64,000 nucleotides of DNA from Minutocellus sp. GHC0000111 (Eukaryota): assembly GCA_977018835.1 (NCBI GenBank), contig OZ361259.1, positions 868,001-932,000 of the forward strand, in the 5' to 3' direction. Positions within the stretch are counted from its first letter, which is position 1. Each line of letters begins with the position of its first letter. The notes beneath the pieces were generated by a model that ran no database searches, was not told where the DNA came from, and saw only the letters and a program-made list of their open reading frames with translations. The position numbers and the translations under genes were made by a program. Positions 51,401 through 64,000 of this stretch are shown piece by piece.

Positions 51401-54400
51401 AAAGCGGGATTGACGACAGGAAGGCCTGTGCCTGGATCGAGGCTGAATGGAAGAACTCCCCGAGGATCAAGGAGTTCAGTGAATTCCTGCTCCACCGTGG
51501 CTGCAATATTACTTGGATTTTGAGTGTCCAGGGAGGCAAGAACGCTATAGGTAGTGAAAATAAATCCAGGGGTGTAAGGAGAAGGTGCAAGGAAGTCTCC
51601 AATCTTCTGCATCAGTTTGCCAGTAAAAAAGTAGTTGAAGATTTCAGCTGGGCAGCGGCGATAACCGAGACCAAAGGGGCAGTACTTGGGCTTATCGAAA
51701 ACGGGAATAAATTTCTTATGAGAAGAAGGAATGATCGTTTGACCGTCAAGATCAGATGGCTTGAGATTTCCGGCAGAAGCTGGACAATTCTTTGGAATGA
51801 CTAGTGCCACACCACATTCATGGCACTGAGAGACCAAGAGTTGCTGGGATGGCTGTTGGATGCCGGCTGTCTGCTCTGGCACTGCCTTCTGCTGTGTCAC
51901 TTCAGGGGAGTGACAGATGGTTGCCATGCGATGAACACTGTGTGCTGACGGTGCAGGTGATTTGACAGGTCAGCATAAATCTTTTGTAAAACATGCACTT
52001 TGCATGAGAATGGTGCCTGGCAAAGGAACCAGATGGAGGGAGGATGGGGGCCACACCGACCATAGCCATGCCCACACACAAGAGCTCTCCAAAATTGCTT
52101 TCCAGAAAAATGGTGGCGCCACAAAGATTGAATTATGAACCCTCAACACCAGAGAGTACCAACCACAATCTTGGGGGGAAAATACTGGTAGACCTAAGGT
52201 CAATTGGATGATGTGACTTTTCTTGGAAATAGAGATTACTATGAACAAACTAGCTAGTCTACCTACGAGTAGCAGTAGGAAATTCGGAGGGAATCGCCGA
52301 AGGACTGTCTGAAGGAAATTCGGAGGGAATCGCCGAAGGAGCATCGGATGGCAACGTGGAAGGAATACTCAAAGATTCTGACGGAGATGTGGACGGAACA
52401 TCGGAAGTCTTGGAGGGTGTAGCCGAGGGAGCCTTTGTCAGAGCCGGAGTTGGAGGGACGGGGGTGAAAAAATTGGACTTGCTCTTGGATCTGCTGCTGC
52501 CACCGGACGTGCTCTTGGATCTGCTGCTGCCACCGGACGTGCTCTTGGATCTGCTGCTGCCACCGGACGTGCTCTTGGATCTGCTGCTGCCACCAGAAGA
52601 CTTGCTACCTCCGGACTTGGGCTTGCTCCTGGGGACAACAATTAGGCTATTGGGTCCACGAGTAAGGCCCTTCGGAACAGCTTTGTCAAAAGCGGGATTG
52701 ACGACAGGAAGGCCTGTGCCTGGATCGAGGCTGAATGGAAGAACTCCCCGAGGATCAAGGAGTTCAGTGAATTCCTGCTCCACCGTGGCTGCAATATTAC
52801 TTGGATTTTGAGTGTCCAGGGAGGCAAGAACGCTATAGGTAGTGAAAATAAATCCAGGGGTGTAAGGAGAAGGTGCAAGGAAGTCTCCAATCTTCTGCAT
52901 CAGTTTGCCAGTAAAAAAGTAGTTGAAGATTTCAGCTGGGCAGCGGCGATAACCGAGACCAAAGGGGCAGTACTTGGGCTTATCGAAAACGGGAATAAAT
53001 TTCTTATGAGAAGAAGGAATGATCGTTTGACCGTCAAGATCAGATGGCTTGAGATTTCCGGCAGAAGCTGGACAATTCTTTGGAATGACTAGTGCCACAC
53101 CACATTCATGGCACTGAGAGACCAAGAGTTGCTGGGATGGCTGTTGGATGCCGGCTGTCTGCTCTGGCACTGCCTTCTGCTGTGTCACTTCAGGGGAGTG
53201 ACAGATGGTTGCCATGCGATGAACACTGTGTGCTGACGGTGCAGGTGATTTGACAGGTCAGCATAAATCTTTTGTAAAACATGCACTTTGCATGAGAATG
53301 GTGCCTGGCAAAGGAACCAGATGGAGGGAGGATGGGGGCCACACCGACCATAGCCATGCCCACACACAAGAGCTCTCCAAAATTGCTTTCCAGAAAAATG
53401 GTGGCGCCACAAAGATTGAATTATGAACCCTCAACACCAGAGAGTACCAACCACAATCTTGGGGGGAAAATACTGGTAGACCTAAGGTCAATTGGATGAT
53501 GTGACTTTCCTTGGAAATAGAGATTACTATGAACAAACTAGCTAGTCTACCTACGAGTAGCAGTAGGAAATTCGGAGGGAATCGCCGAAGGACTGTCTGA
53601 AGGAAATTCGGAGGGAATCGCCGAAGGAGCATCGGATGGCAACGTGGAAGGAATACTCAAAGATTCTGACGGAGATGTGGACGGAACATCGGAAGTCTTG
53701 GAGGGTGTAGCCGAGGGAGCCTTTGTCAGAGCCGGAGTTGGAGGGACGGGGGTGAAAAAATTGGACTTGCTCTTGGATCTGCTGCTGCCACCGGACGTGC
53801 TCTTGGATCTGCTGCTGCCACCGGACGTGCTCTTGGATCTGCTGCTGCCACCGGACGTGCTCTTGGATCTGCTGCTGCCACCAGAAGACTTGCTACCTCC
53901 GGACTTGGGCTTGCTCCTGGGGACAACAATTAGGCTATTGGGTCCACGAGTAAGGCCCTTCGGAACAGCTTTGTCAAAAGCGGGATTGACGACAGGAAGG
54001 CCTGTGCCTGGATCGAGGCTGAATGGAAGAACTCCCCGAGGATCAAGGAGTTCAGTGAATTCCTGCTCCACCGTGGCTGCAATATTACTTGGATTTTGAG
54101 TGTCCAGGGAGGCAAGAACGCTATAGGTAGTGAAAATAAATCCAGGGGTGTAAGGAGAAGGTGCAAGGAAGTCTCCAATCTTCTGCATCAGTTTGCCAGT
54201 AAAAAAGTAGTTGAAGATTTCAGCTGGGCAGCGGCGATAACCGAGACCAAAGGGGCAGTACTTGGGCTTATCGAAAACGGGAATAAATTTCTTATGAGAA
54301 GAAGGAATGATCGTTTGACCGTCAAGATCAGATGGCTTGAGATTTCCGGCAGAAGCTGGACAATTCTTTGGAATGACTAGTGCCACACCACATTCATGGC

Positions 54401-56152
54401 ACTGAGAGACCAAGAGTTGCTGGGATGGCTGTTGGATGCCGGCTGTCTGCTCTGGCACTGCCTTCTGCTGTGTCACTTCAGGGGAGTGACAGATGGTTGC
54501 CATGCGATGAACACTGTGTGCTGACGGTGCAGGTGATTTGACAGGTCAGCATAAATCTTTTGTAAAACATGCACTTTGCATGAGAATGGTGCCTGGCAAA
54601 GGAACCAGATGGAGGGAGGATGGGGGCCACACCGACCATAGCCATGCCCACACACAAGAGCTCTCCAAAATTGCTTTCCAGAAAAATGGTGGCGCCACAA
54701 AGATTGAATTATGAACCCTCAACACCAGAGAGTACCAACCACAATCTTGGGGGGAAAATACTGGTAGACCTAAGGTCAATTGGATGATGTGACTTTTCTT
54801 GGAAATAGAGATTACTATGAACAAACTAGCTAGTCTACCTACGAGTAGCAGTAGGAAATTCGGAGGGAATCGCCGAAGGACTGTCTGAAGGAAATTCGGA
54901 GGGAATCGCCGAAGGAGCATCGGATGGCAACGTGGAAGGAATACTCAAAGATTCTGACGGAGATGTGGACGGAACATCGGAAGTCTTGGAGGGTGTAGCC
55001 GAGGGAGCCTTTGTCAGAGCCGGAGTTGGAGGGACGGGGGTGAAAAAATTGGACTTGCTCTTGGATCTGCTGCTGCCACCGGACGTGCTCTTGGATCTGC
55101 TGCTGCCACCGGACGTGCTCTTGGATCTGCTGCTGCCACCGGACGTGCTCTTGGATCTGCTGCTGCCACCGGACGTGCTCTTGGATCTGCTGCTGCCACC
55201 AGAAGACTTGCTACCTCCGGACTTGGGCTTGCTCCTGGGGACAACAATTAGGCTATTGGGTCCACGAGTAAGGCCCTTCGGAACAGCTTTGTCAAAAGCG
55301 GGATTGACGACAGGAAGGCCTGTGCCTGGATCGAGGCTGAATGGAAGAACTCCCCGAGGATCAAGGAGTTCAGTGAATTCCTGCTCCACCGTGGCTGCAA
55401 TATTACTTGGATTTTGAGTGTCCAGGGAGGCAAGAACGCTATAGGTAGTGAAAATAAATCCAGGGGTGTAAGGAGAAGGTGCAAGGAAGTCTCCAATCTT
55501 CTGCATCAGTTTGCCAGTAAAAAAGTAGTTGAAGATTTCAGCTGGGCAGCGGCGATAACCGAGACCAAAGGGGCAGTACTTGGGCTTATCGAAAACGGGA
55601 ATAAATTTCTTATGAGAAGAAGGAATGATCGTTTGACCGTCAAGATCAGATGGCTTGAGATTTCCGGCAGAAGCTGGACAATTCTTTGGAATGACTAGTG
55701 CCACACCACATTCATGGCACTGAGAGACCAAGAGTTGCTGGGATGGCTGTTGGATGCCGGCTGTCTGCTCTGGCACTGCCTTCTGCTGTGTCACTTCAGG
55801 GGAGTGACAGATGGTTGCCATGCGATGAACACTGTGTGCTGACGGTGCAGGTGATTTGACAGGTCAGCATAAATCTTTTGTAAAACATGCACTTTGCATG
55901 AGAATGGTGCCTGGCAAAGGAACCAGATGGAGGGAGGATGGGGGCCACACCGACCATAGCCATGCCCACACACAAGAGCTCTCCAAAATTGCTTTCCAGA
56001 AAAATGGTGGCGCCACAAAGATTGAATTATGAACCCTCAACACCAGAGAGTACCAACCACAATCTTGGGGGGAAAATACTGGTAGACCTAAGGTCAATTG
56101 GATGATGTGACTTTCCTTGGAAATAGAGATTACTATGAACAAACTAGCTAGT

Positions 56153-57889
56153 CTACCTACGAGTAGCAGTAGGAAATTCGGAGGGAATCGCCGAAGGACT
56201 GTCTGAAGGAAATTCGGAGGGAATCGCCGAAGGAGCATCGGATGGCAACGTGGAAGGAATACTCAAAGATTCTGACGGAGATGTGGACGGAACATCGGAA
56301 GTCTTGGAGGGTGTAGCCGAGGGAGCCTTTGTCAGAGCCGGAGTTGGAGGGACGGGGGTGAAAAAATTGGACTTGCTCTTGGATCTGCTGCTGCCACCGG
56401 ACGTGCTCTTGGATCTGCTGCTGCCACCGGACGTGCTCTTGGATCTGCTGCTGCCACCGGACGTGCTCTTGGATCTGCTGCTGCCACCAGAAGACTTGCT
56501 ACCTCCGGACTTGGGCTTGCTCCTGGGGACAACAATTAGGCTATTGGGTCCACGAGTAAGGCCCTTCGGAACAGCTTTGTCAAAAGCGGGATTGACGACA
56601 GGAAGGCCTGTGCCTGGATCGAGGCTGAATGGAAGAACTCCCCGAGGATCAAGGAGTTCAGTGAATTCCTGCTCCACCGTGGCTGCAATATTACTTGGAT
56701 TTTGAGTGTCCAGGGAGGCAAGAACGCTATAGGTAGTGAAAATAAATCCAGGGGTGTAAGGAGAAGGTGCAAGGAAGTCTCCAATCTTCTGCATCAGTTT
56801 GCCAGTAAAAAAGTAGTTGAAGATTTCAGCTGGGCAGCGGCGATAACCGAGACCAAAGGGGCAGTACTTGGGCTTATCGAAAACGGGAATAAATTTCTTA
56901 TGAGAAGAAGGAATGATCGTTTGACCGTCAAGATCAGATGGCTTGAGATTTCCGGCAGAAGCTGGACAATTCTTTGGAATGAAGTCAGCGTAGCGGATAG
57001 TGTTGTACTCGGCAGCTGAAGTTTCAAAGGTGGCTGGGTCAAAGTTGTCGTTCAGGGCTTGGATTACTAAGGGGATATGGTATGATGGCGACGGGTCATA
57101 GCTTTCATCAGCTATTATTTTTTGACATAAGTCAGTGTGGTAGTAGCAGCACAGATGCATGTAGAATCATGGGGAAGAGGAATTAAATTAGAATGAGCAG
57201 AAACATTTCACAAACAACAAGGGAAAAATCAAGGCCAAAAGACCAAGTGTAAAATGTTGTACATGCACTCACCTAGGGTAAGATTTTTGTTTGCCCCCTC
57301 GGCCTTTTGGGCGGTACTCAACCATATGTCATTTGGCAGCAGCAGACGGAACACCTCACGTACAACGTTTATGCGCTCGTCGTCGGAAGGAGCGGCCTCG
57401 TACTTTGAAAAGAAGTCGATTGGAGGGAACGGCTTGAGGAGGTCAGCGGCGGTGTTGCCAGTAAATTTCTCGACATTGAGATATCCTGGAGCTGGAATGT
57501 TCAGTCCAACAAGTTCTGTGGCAAACTTATCAAAGGCGAGCTTGTAGAGAGTATTGACAAATTGGCCGAAAGCAAGGGCATTGTGCGCAGCCTCAACGAT
57601 GATGGACTCAGCAGGAATGCCAGCTTCGATAAAAACGAAAAGCAAAGGGGACCAAATAATGTGTGTTAGTTATGGATATGAATCTTGCTATACGGTGGTG
57701 AATTGATGATATGAATCACCACGATCTTGAGATAATTTCATCAATGTGTAATGCATTACAATCGATGGTAAAATTGAAAACAAAAGCTTACCCAAGTTCC
57801 ACCAGTACACAAAAGTACTTTTGTCCTCTGCGTCGACAACCATATTACGACGTTCTTCGTAATACCCCGTAACGAACGGCTCAAGGCAC
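56153..57889 (-). CDS. Atypical cytochrome P450, 5'-partial, exons 57889-57792, 57623-57273 and 57111-56153, with a silaffin-like tail
   Basis: Two phase-1 GT-AG introns (57624-57791, 57112-57272) splice in frame to give TFVYWWNLAGIPAESIIVEAAHNALAFGQF...VVREVFR (ExxR)...FDP..F...PFGLGYRRCPAE. Confidence 0.8.
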
Positions 57890-59846
57890 AGGGAGGCAAG
57901 AACGCTATAGGTAGTGAAAATAAATCCAGGGGTGTAAGGAGAAGGTGCAAGGAAGTCTCCAATCTTCTGCATCAGTTTGCCAGTAAAAAAGTAGTTGAAG
58001 ATTTCAGCTGGGCAGCGGCGATAACCGAGACCAAAGGGGCAGTACTTGGGCTTATCGAAAACGGGAATAAATTTCTTATGAGAAGAAGGAATGATCGTTT
58101 GACCATCAAGATCAGATGGCTTGAGATTTCCGGCAGAAGCTGGACAATTCTTTGGAATGACTAGTGCCACACCACATTCATGGCACTGAGAGACCAAGAG
58201 TTGCTGGGATGGCTGTTGGATGCCGGCTGTCTGCTCTGGCACTGCCTTCTGCTGTGTCACTTCAGGGGAGTGACAGATGGTTGCCATGCGATGAACACTG
58301 TGTGCTGACGGTGCAGGTGATTTGACAGGTCAGCATAAATCTTTTGTAAAACATGCACTTTGCATGAGAATGGTGCCTGGCAAAGGAACCAGATGGAGGG
58401 AGGATGGGGGCCACACCGACCATAGCCATGCCCACACACAAGAGCTCTCCAAAATTGCTTTCCAGAAAAATGGTGGCGCCACAAAGATTGAATTATGAAC
58501 CCTCAACACCAGAGAGTACCAACCACAATCTTGGGGGGAAAATACTGGTAGACCTAAGGTCAATTGGATGATGTGACTTTTCTTGGAAATAGAGATTACT
58601 ATGAACAAACTAGCTAGTCTACCTACGAGTAGCAGTAGGAAATTCGGAGGGAATCGCCGAAGGACTGTCTGAAGGAAATTCGGAGGGAATCGCCGAAGGA
58701 GCATCGGATGGCAACGTGGAAGGAATACTCAAAGATTCTGACGGAGATGTGGACGGAACATCGGAAGTCTTGGAGGGTGTAGCCGAGGGAGCCTTTGTCA
58801 GAGCCGGAGTTGGAGGGACGGGGGTGAAAAAATTGGACTTGCTCTTGGATCTGCTGCTGCCACCGGACGTGCTCTTGGATCTGCTGCTGCCACCAGAAGA
58901 CTTGCTACCTCCGGACTTGGGCTTGCTCCTGGGGACAACAATTAGGCTATTGGGTCCACGAGTATGGCCCTTCGGAACAGCTTTGTCAAAAGCGGGATTG
59001 ACGACAGGAAGGCCTGTGCCTGGATCGAGGCTGAATGGAAGAACTCCCCGAGGATCAAGGAGTTCAGTGAATTCCTGCTCCACCGTGGCTGCAATATTAC
59101 TTGGATTTTGAGTGTCCAGGGAGGCAAGAACGCTATAGGTAGTGAAAATAAATCCAGGGGTGTAAGGAGAAGGTGCAAGGAAGTCTCCAATCTTCTGCAT
59201 CAGTTTGCCAGTAAAAAAGTAGTTGAAGATTTCAGCTGGGCAGCGGCGATAACCGAGACCAAAGGGGCAGTACTTGGGCTTATCGAAAACGGGAATAAAT
59301 TTCTTATGAGAAGAAGGAATGATCGTTTGACCGTCAAGATCAGATGGCTTGAGATTTCCGGCAGAAGCTGGACAATTCTTTGGAATGACTAGTGCCACAC
59401 CACATTCATGGCACTGAGAGACCAAGAGTTGCTGGGATGGCTGTTGGATGCCGGCTGTCTGCTCTGGCACTGCCTTCTGCTGTGTCACTTCAGGGGAGTG
59501 ACAGATGGTTGCCATGCGATGAACACTGTGTGCTGACGGTGCAGGTGATTTGACAGGTCAGCATAAATCTTTTGTAAATCATGCACTTTGCATGAGAATG
59601 GTGCCTGGCAAAGGAACCAGATGGAGGGAGGATGGGGGCCACACCGACCATAGCCATGCCCACACACAAGAGCTCTCCAAAATTGCTTTCCAGAAAAATG
59701 GTGGCGCCACAAAGATTGAATTATGAACCCTCAACACCAGAGAGTACCAACCACAATCTTGGGGGGAAAATACTGGTAGACCTAAGGTCAATTGGATGAT
59801 GTGACTTTTCTTGGAAATAGAGATTACTATGAACAAACTAGCTAGT

Positions 59847-61583
59847 CTACCTACGAGTAGCAGTAGGAAATTCGGAGGGAATCGCCGAAGGACTGTCTGA
59901 AGGAAATTCGGAGGGAATCGCCGAAGGAGCATCGGATGGCAACGTGGAAGGAATACTCAAAGATTCTGACGGAGATGTGGACGGAACATCGGAAGTCTTG
60001 GAGGGTGTAGCCGAGGGAGCCTTTGTCAGAGCCGGAGTTGGAGGGACGGGGGTGAAAAAATTGGACTTGCTCTTGGATCTGCTGCTGCCACCGGACGTGC
60101 TCTTGGATCTGCTGCTGCCACCGGACGTGCTCTTGGATCTGCTGCTGCCACCGGACGTGCTCTTGGATCTGCTGCTGCCACCAGAAGACTTGCTACCTCC
60201 GGACTTGGGCTTGCTCCTGGGGACAACAATTAGGCTATTGGGTCCACGAGTAAGGCCCTTCGGAACAGCTTTGTCAAAAGCGGGATTGACGACAGGAAGG
60301 CCTGTGCCTGGATCGAGGCTGAATGGAAGAACTCCCCGAGGATCAAGGAGTTCAGTGAATTCCTGCTCCACCGTGGCTGCAATATTACTTGGATTTTGAG
60401 TGTCCAGGGAGGCAAGAACGCTATAGGTAGTGAAAATAAATCCAGGGGTGTAAGGAGAAGGTGCAAGGAAGTCTCCAATCTTCTGCATCAGTTTGCCAGT
60501 AAAAAAGTAGTTGAAGATTTCAGCTGGGCAGCGGCGATAACCGAGACCAAAGGGGCAGTACTTGGGCTTATCGAAAACGGGAATAAATTTCTTATGAGAA
60601 GAAGGAATGATCGTTTGACCGTCAAGATCAGATGGCTTGAGATTTCCGGCAGAAGCTGGACAATTCTTTGGAATGAAGTCAGCGTAGCGGATAGTGTTGT
60701 ACTCGGCAGCTGAAGTTTCAAAGGTGGCTGGGTCAAAGTTGTCGTTCAGGGCTTGGATTACTAAGGGGATATGGTATGATGGCGACGGGTCATAGCTTTC
60801 ATCAGCTATTATTTTTTGACATAAGTCAGTGTGGTAGTAGCAGCACAGATGCATGTAGAATCATGGGGAAGAGGAATTAAATTAGAATGAGCAGAAACAT
60901 TTCACAAACAACAAGGGAAAAATCAAGGCCAAAAGACCAAGTGTAAAATGTTGTACATGCACTCACCTAGGGTAAGATTTTTGTTTGCCCCCTCGGCCTT
61001 TTGGGCGGTACTCAACCATATGTCATTTGGCAGCAGCAGACGGAACACCTCACGTACAACGTTTATGCGCTCGTCGTCGGAAGGAGCGGCCTCGTACTTT
61101 GAAAAGAAGTCGATTGGAGGGAACGGCTTGAGGAGGTCAGCGGCGGTGTTGCCAGTAAATTTCTCGACATTGAGATATCCTGGAGCTGGAATGTTCAGTC
61201 CAACAAGTTCTGTGGCAAACTTATCAAAGGCGAGCTTGTAGAGAGTATTGACAAATTGGCCGAAAGCAAGGGCATTGTGCGCAGCCTCAACGATGATGGA
61301 CTCAGCAGGAATGCCAGCTTCGATAAAAACGAAAAGCAAAGGGGACCAAATAATGTGTGTTAGTTATGGATATGAATCTTGCTATACGGTGGTGAATTGA
61401 TGATATGAATCACCACGATCTTGAGATAATTTCATCAATGTGTAATGCATTACAATCGATGGTAAAATTGAAAACAAAAGCTTACCCAAGTTCCACCAGT
61501 ACACAAAAGTACTTTTGTCCTCTGCGTCGACAACCATATTACGACGTTCTTCGTAATACCCCGTAACGAACGGCTCAAGGCAC
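59847..61583 (-). CDS. Second copy of the 5'-partial spliced P450 (exons 61583-61486, 61317-60967, 60805-59847)
   Basis: Same ORF translations as the 56153-57889 copy, at +3694 bp. Confidence 0.8.
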
Positions 61584-64000
61584 AGGGAGGCAAGAACGCT
61601 ATAGGTAGTGAAAATAAATCCAGGGGTGTAAGGAGAAGGTGCAAGGAAGTCTCCAATCTTCTGCATCAGTTTGCCAGTAAAAAAGTAGTTGAAGATTTCA
61701 GCTGGGCAGCGGCGATAACCGAGACCAAAGGGGCAGTACTTGGGCTTATCGAAAACGGGAATAAATTTCTTATGAGAAGAAGGAATGATCGTTTGACCAT
61801 CAAGATCAGATGGCTTGAGATTTCCGGCAGAAGCTGGACAATTCTTTGGAATGACTAGTGCCACACCACATTCATGGCACTGAGAGACCAAGAGTTGCTG
61901 GGATGGCTGTTGGATGCCGGCTGTCTGCTCTGGCACTGCCTTCTGCTGTGTCACTTCAGGGGAGTGACAGATGGTTGCCATGCGATGAACACTGTGTGCT
62001 GACGGTGCAGGTGATTTGACAGGTCAGCATAAATCTTTTGTAAAACATGCACTTTGCATGAGAATGGTGCCTGGCAAAGGAACCAGATGGAGGGAGGATG
62101 GGGGCCACACCGACCATAGCCATGCCCACACACAAGAGCTCTCCAAAATTGCTTTCCAGAAAAATGGTGGCGCCACAAAGATTGAATTATGAACCCTCAA
62201 CACCAGAGAGTACCAACCACAATCTTGGGGGGAAAATACTGGTAGACCTAAGGTCAATTGGATGATGTGACTTTTCTTGGAAATAGAGATTACTATGAAC
62301 AAACTAGCTAGTCTACCTACGAGTAGCAGTAGGAAATTCGGAGGGAATCGCCGAAGGACTGTCTGAAGGAAATTCGGAGGGAATCGCCGAAGGAGCATCG
62401 GATGGCAACGTGGAAGGAATACTCAAAGATTCTGACGGAGATGTGGACGGAACATCGGAAGTCTTGGAGGGTGTAGCCGAGGGAGCCTTTGTCAGAGCCG
62501 GAGTTGGAGGGACGGGGGTGAAAAAATTGGACTTGCTCTTGGATCTGCTGCTGCCACCGGACGTGCTCTTGGATCTGCTGCTGCCACCGGACGTGCTCTT
62601 GGATCTGCTGCTGCCACCGGACGTGCTCTTGGATCTGCTGCTGCCACCGGACGTGCTCTTGGATCTGCTGCTGCCACCAGAAGACTTGCTACCTCCGGAC
62701 TTGGGCTTGCTCCTGGGGACAACAATTAGGCTATTGGGTCCACGAGTAAGGCCCTTCGGAACAGCTTTGTCAAAAGCGGGATTGACGACAGGAAGGCCTG
62801 TGCCTGGATCGAGGCTGAATGGAAGAACTCCCCGAGGATCAAGGAGTTCAGTGAATTCCTGCTCCACCGTGGCTGCAATATTACTTGGATTTTGAGTGTC
62901 CAGGGAGGCAAGAACGCTATAGGTAGTGAAAATAAATCCAGGGGTGTAAGGAGAAGGTGCAAGGAAGTCTCCAATCTTCTGCATCAGTTTGCCAGTAAAA
63001 AAGTAGTTGAAGATTTCAGCTGGGCAGCGGCGATAACCGAGACCAAAGGGGCAGTACTTGGGCTTATCGAAAACGGGAATAAATTTCTTATGAGAAGAAG
63101 GAATGATCGTTTGACCGTCAAGATCAGATGGCTTGAGATTTCCGGCAGAAGCTGGACAATTCTTTGGAATGACTAGTGCCACACCACATTCATGGCACTG
63201 AGAGACCAAGAGTTGCTGGGATGGCTGTTGGATGCCGGCTGTCTGCTCTGGCACTGCCTTCTGCTGTGTCACTTCAGGGGAGTGACAGATGGTTGCCATG
63301 CGATGAACACTGTGTGCTGACGGTGCAGGTGATTTGACAGGTCAGCATAAATCTTTTGTAAAACATGCACTTTGCATGAGAATGGTGCCTGGCAAAGGAA
63401 CCAGATGGAGGGAGGATGGGGGCCACACCGACCATAGCCATGCCCACACACAAGAGCTCTCCAAAATTGCTTTCCAGAAAAATGGTGGCGCCACAAAGAT
63501 TGAATTATGAACCCTCAACACCAGAGAGTACCAACCACAATCTTGGGGGGAAAATACTGGTAGACCTAAGGTCAATTGGATGATGTGACTTTTCTTGGAA
63601 ATAGAGATTACTATGAACAAACTAGCTAGTCTACCTACGAGTAGCAGTAGGAAATTCGGAGGGAATCGCCGAAGGACTGTCTGAAGGAAATTCGGAGGGA
63701 ATCGCCGAAGGAGCATCGGATGGCAACGTGGAAGGAATACTCAAAGATTCTGACGGAGATGTGGACGGAACATCGGAAGTCTTGGAGGGTGTAGCCGAGG
63801 GAGCCTTTGTCAGAGCCGGAGTTGGAGGGACGGGGGTGAAAAAATTGGACTTGCTCTTGGATCTGCTGCTGCCACCGGACGTGCTCTTGGATCTGCTGCT
63901 GCCACCGGACGTGCTCTTGGATCTGCTGCTGCCACCGGACGTGCTCTTGGATCTGCTGCTGCCACCGGACGTGCTCTTGGATCTGCTGCTGCCACCAGAA

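Larger units (their letters stand above)
44028..64000 (-). repeat. Tandem array (~1.23-1.35-kb units) of a 3' cytochrome P450 fragment with a Ser/Lys/Arg- and Pro/Ser-rich tail
   Basis: Tail stops at 44378, 45732, 47050, 48368, 49687, 50971, 52259, 53547, 54835, 56153, 58619, 59847, 62313 and ~63631. There are 15 copies of PFGLGYRRCPAE. The array continues beyond the window. Confidence 0.95.

Noticed and set aside
29258..63995. Many + strand and alternate-frame ORFs (GGGLVGG…, DLLLDLD…, PMSRLHCLLNLL…)
   Set aside because: These are shadow frames of low-complexity coding repeats on the minus strand.
29224..64000. CRISPR-like or other repeat-spacer array
   Set aside because: The repeats are in-frame coding repeats (30, 36 and 72 bp) without unique spacers, there are no cas genes, and the context is eukaryotic.

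Overview
Eukaryotic DNA, most likely a pennate diatom. This is inferred from CoDi-type Ty1/copia fragments, silaffin-like Lys/Ser repeats with RXL motifs, short GT-AG introns and TTAGGG repeats. 1-7.6 kb holds decayed, mostly unidentifiable ORF fragments and a hairpin. 7.7-22 kb is a dense mosaic of glycan-modifying gene pieces (sulfotransferase, GT-like, GH20, Methyltransf_22-like, DUF707, UDP-galactopyranose mutase, GT69/CAP59-like) interleaved with copia fragments, a MITE, inversions and (CCA)n-tailed repeats. 23.5-29 kb is a 1137-bp tandem array of a deleted copia, followed by a 200-N gap. 29.2-43.6 kb contains a ~1.6k-aa secreted silaffin-like modular protein gene followed by eight variable partial copies of its 3' part. 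44-64 kb is a ~1.3-kb tandem array of the 3' part of an atypical cytochrome P450 (FGLGYRRCPAE, ExxR, EAAHN I-helix) fused in frame to a Ser/Lys/Arg- and Pro/Ser-rich tail that mirrors the neighbouring cell-wall-type protein. The best candidate for a novel system is this P450 plus cell-wall-tail fusion next to the silaffin-like gene. A second notable signal is a strong TpA<->CpA/TpG substitution bias between duplicated sequences. Family calls come from motif recognition only, and assembly or amplification artefacts cannot be excluded for the arrays.
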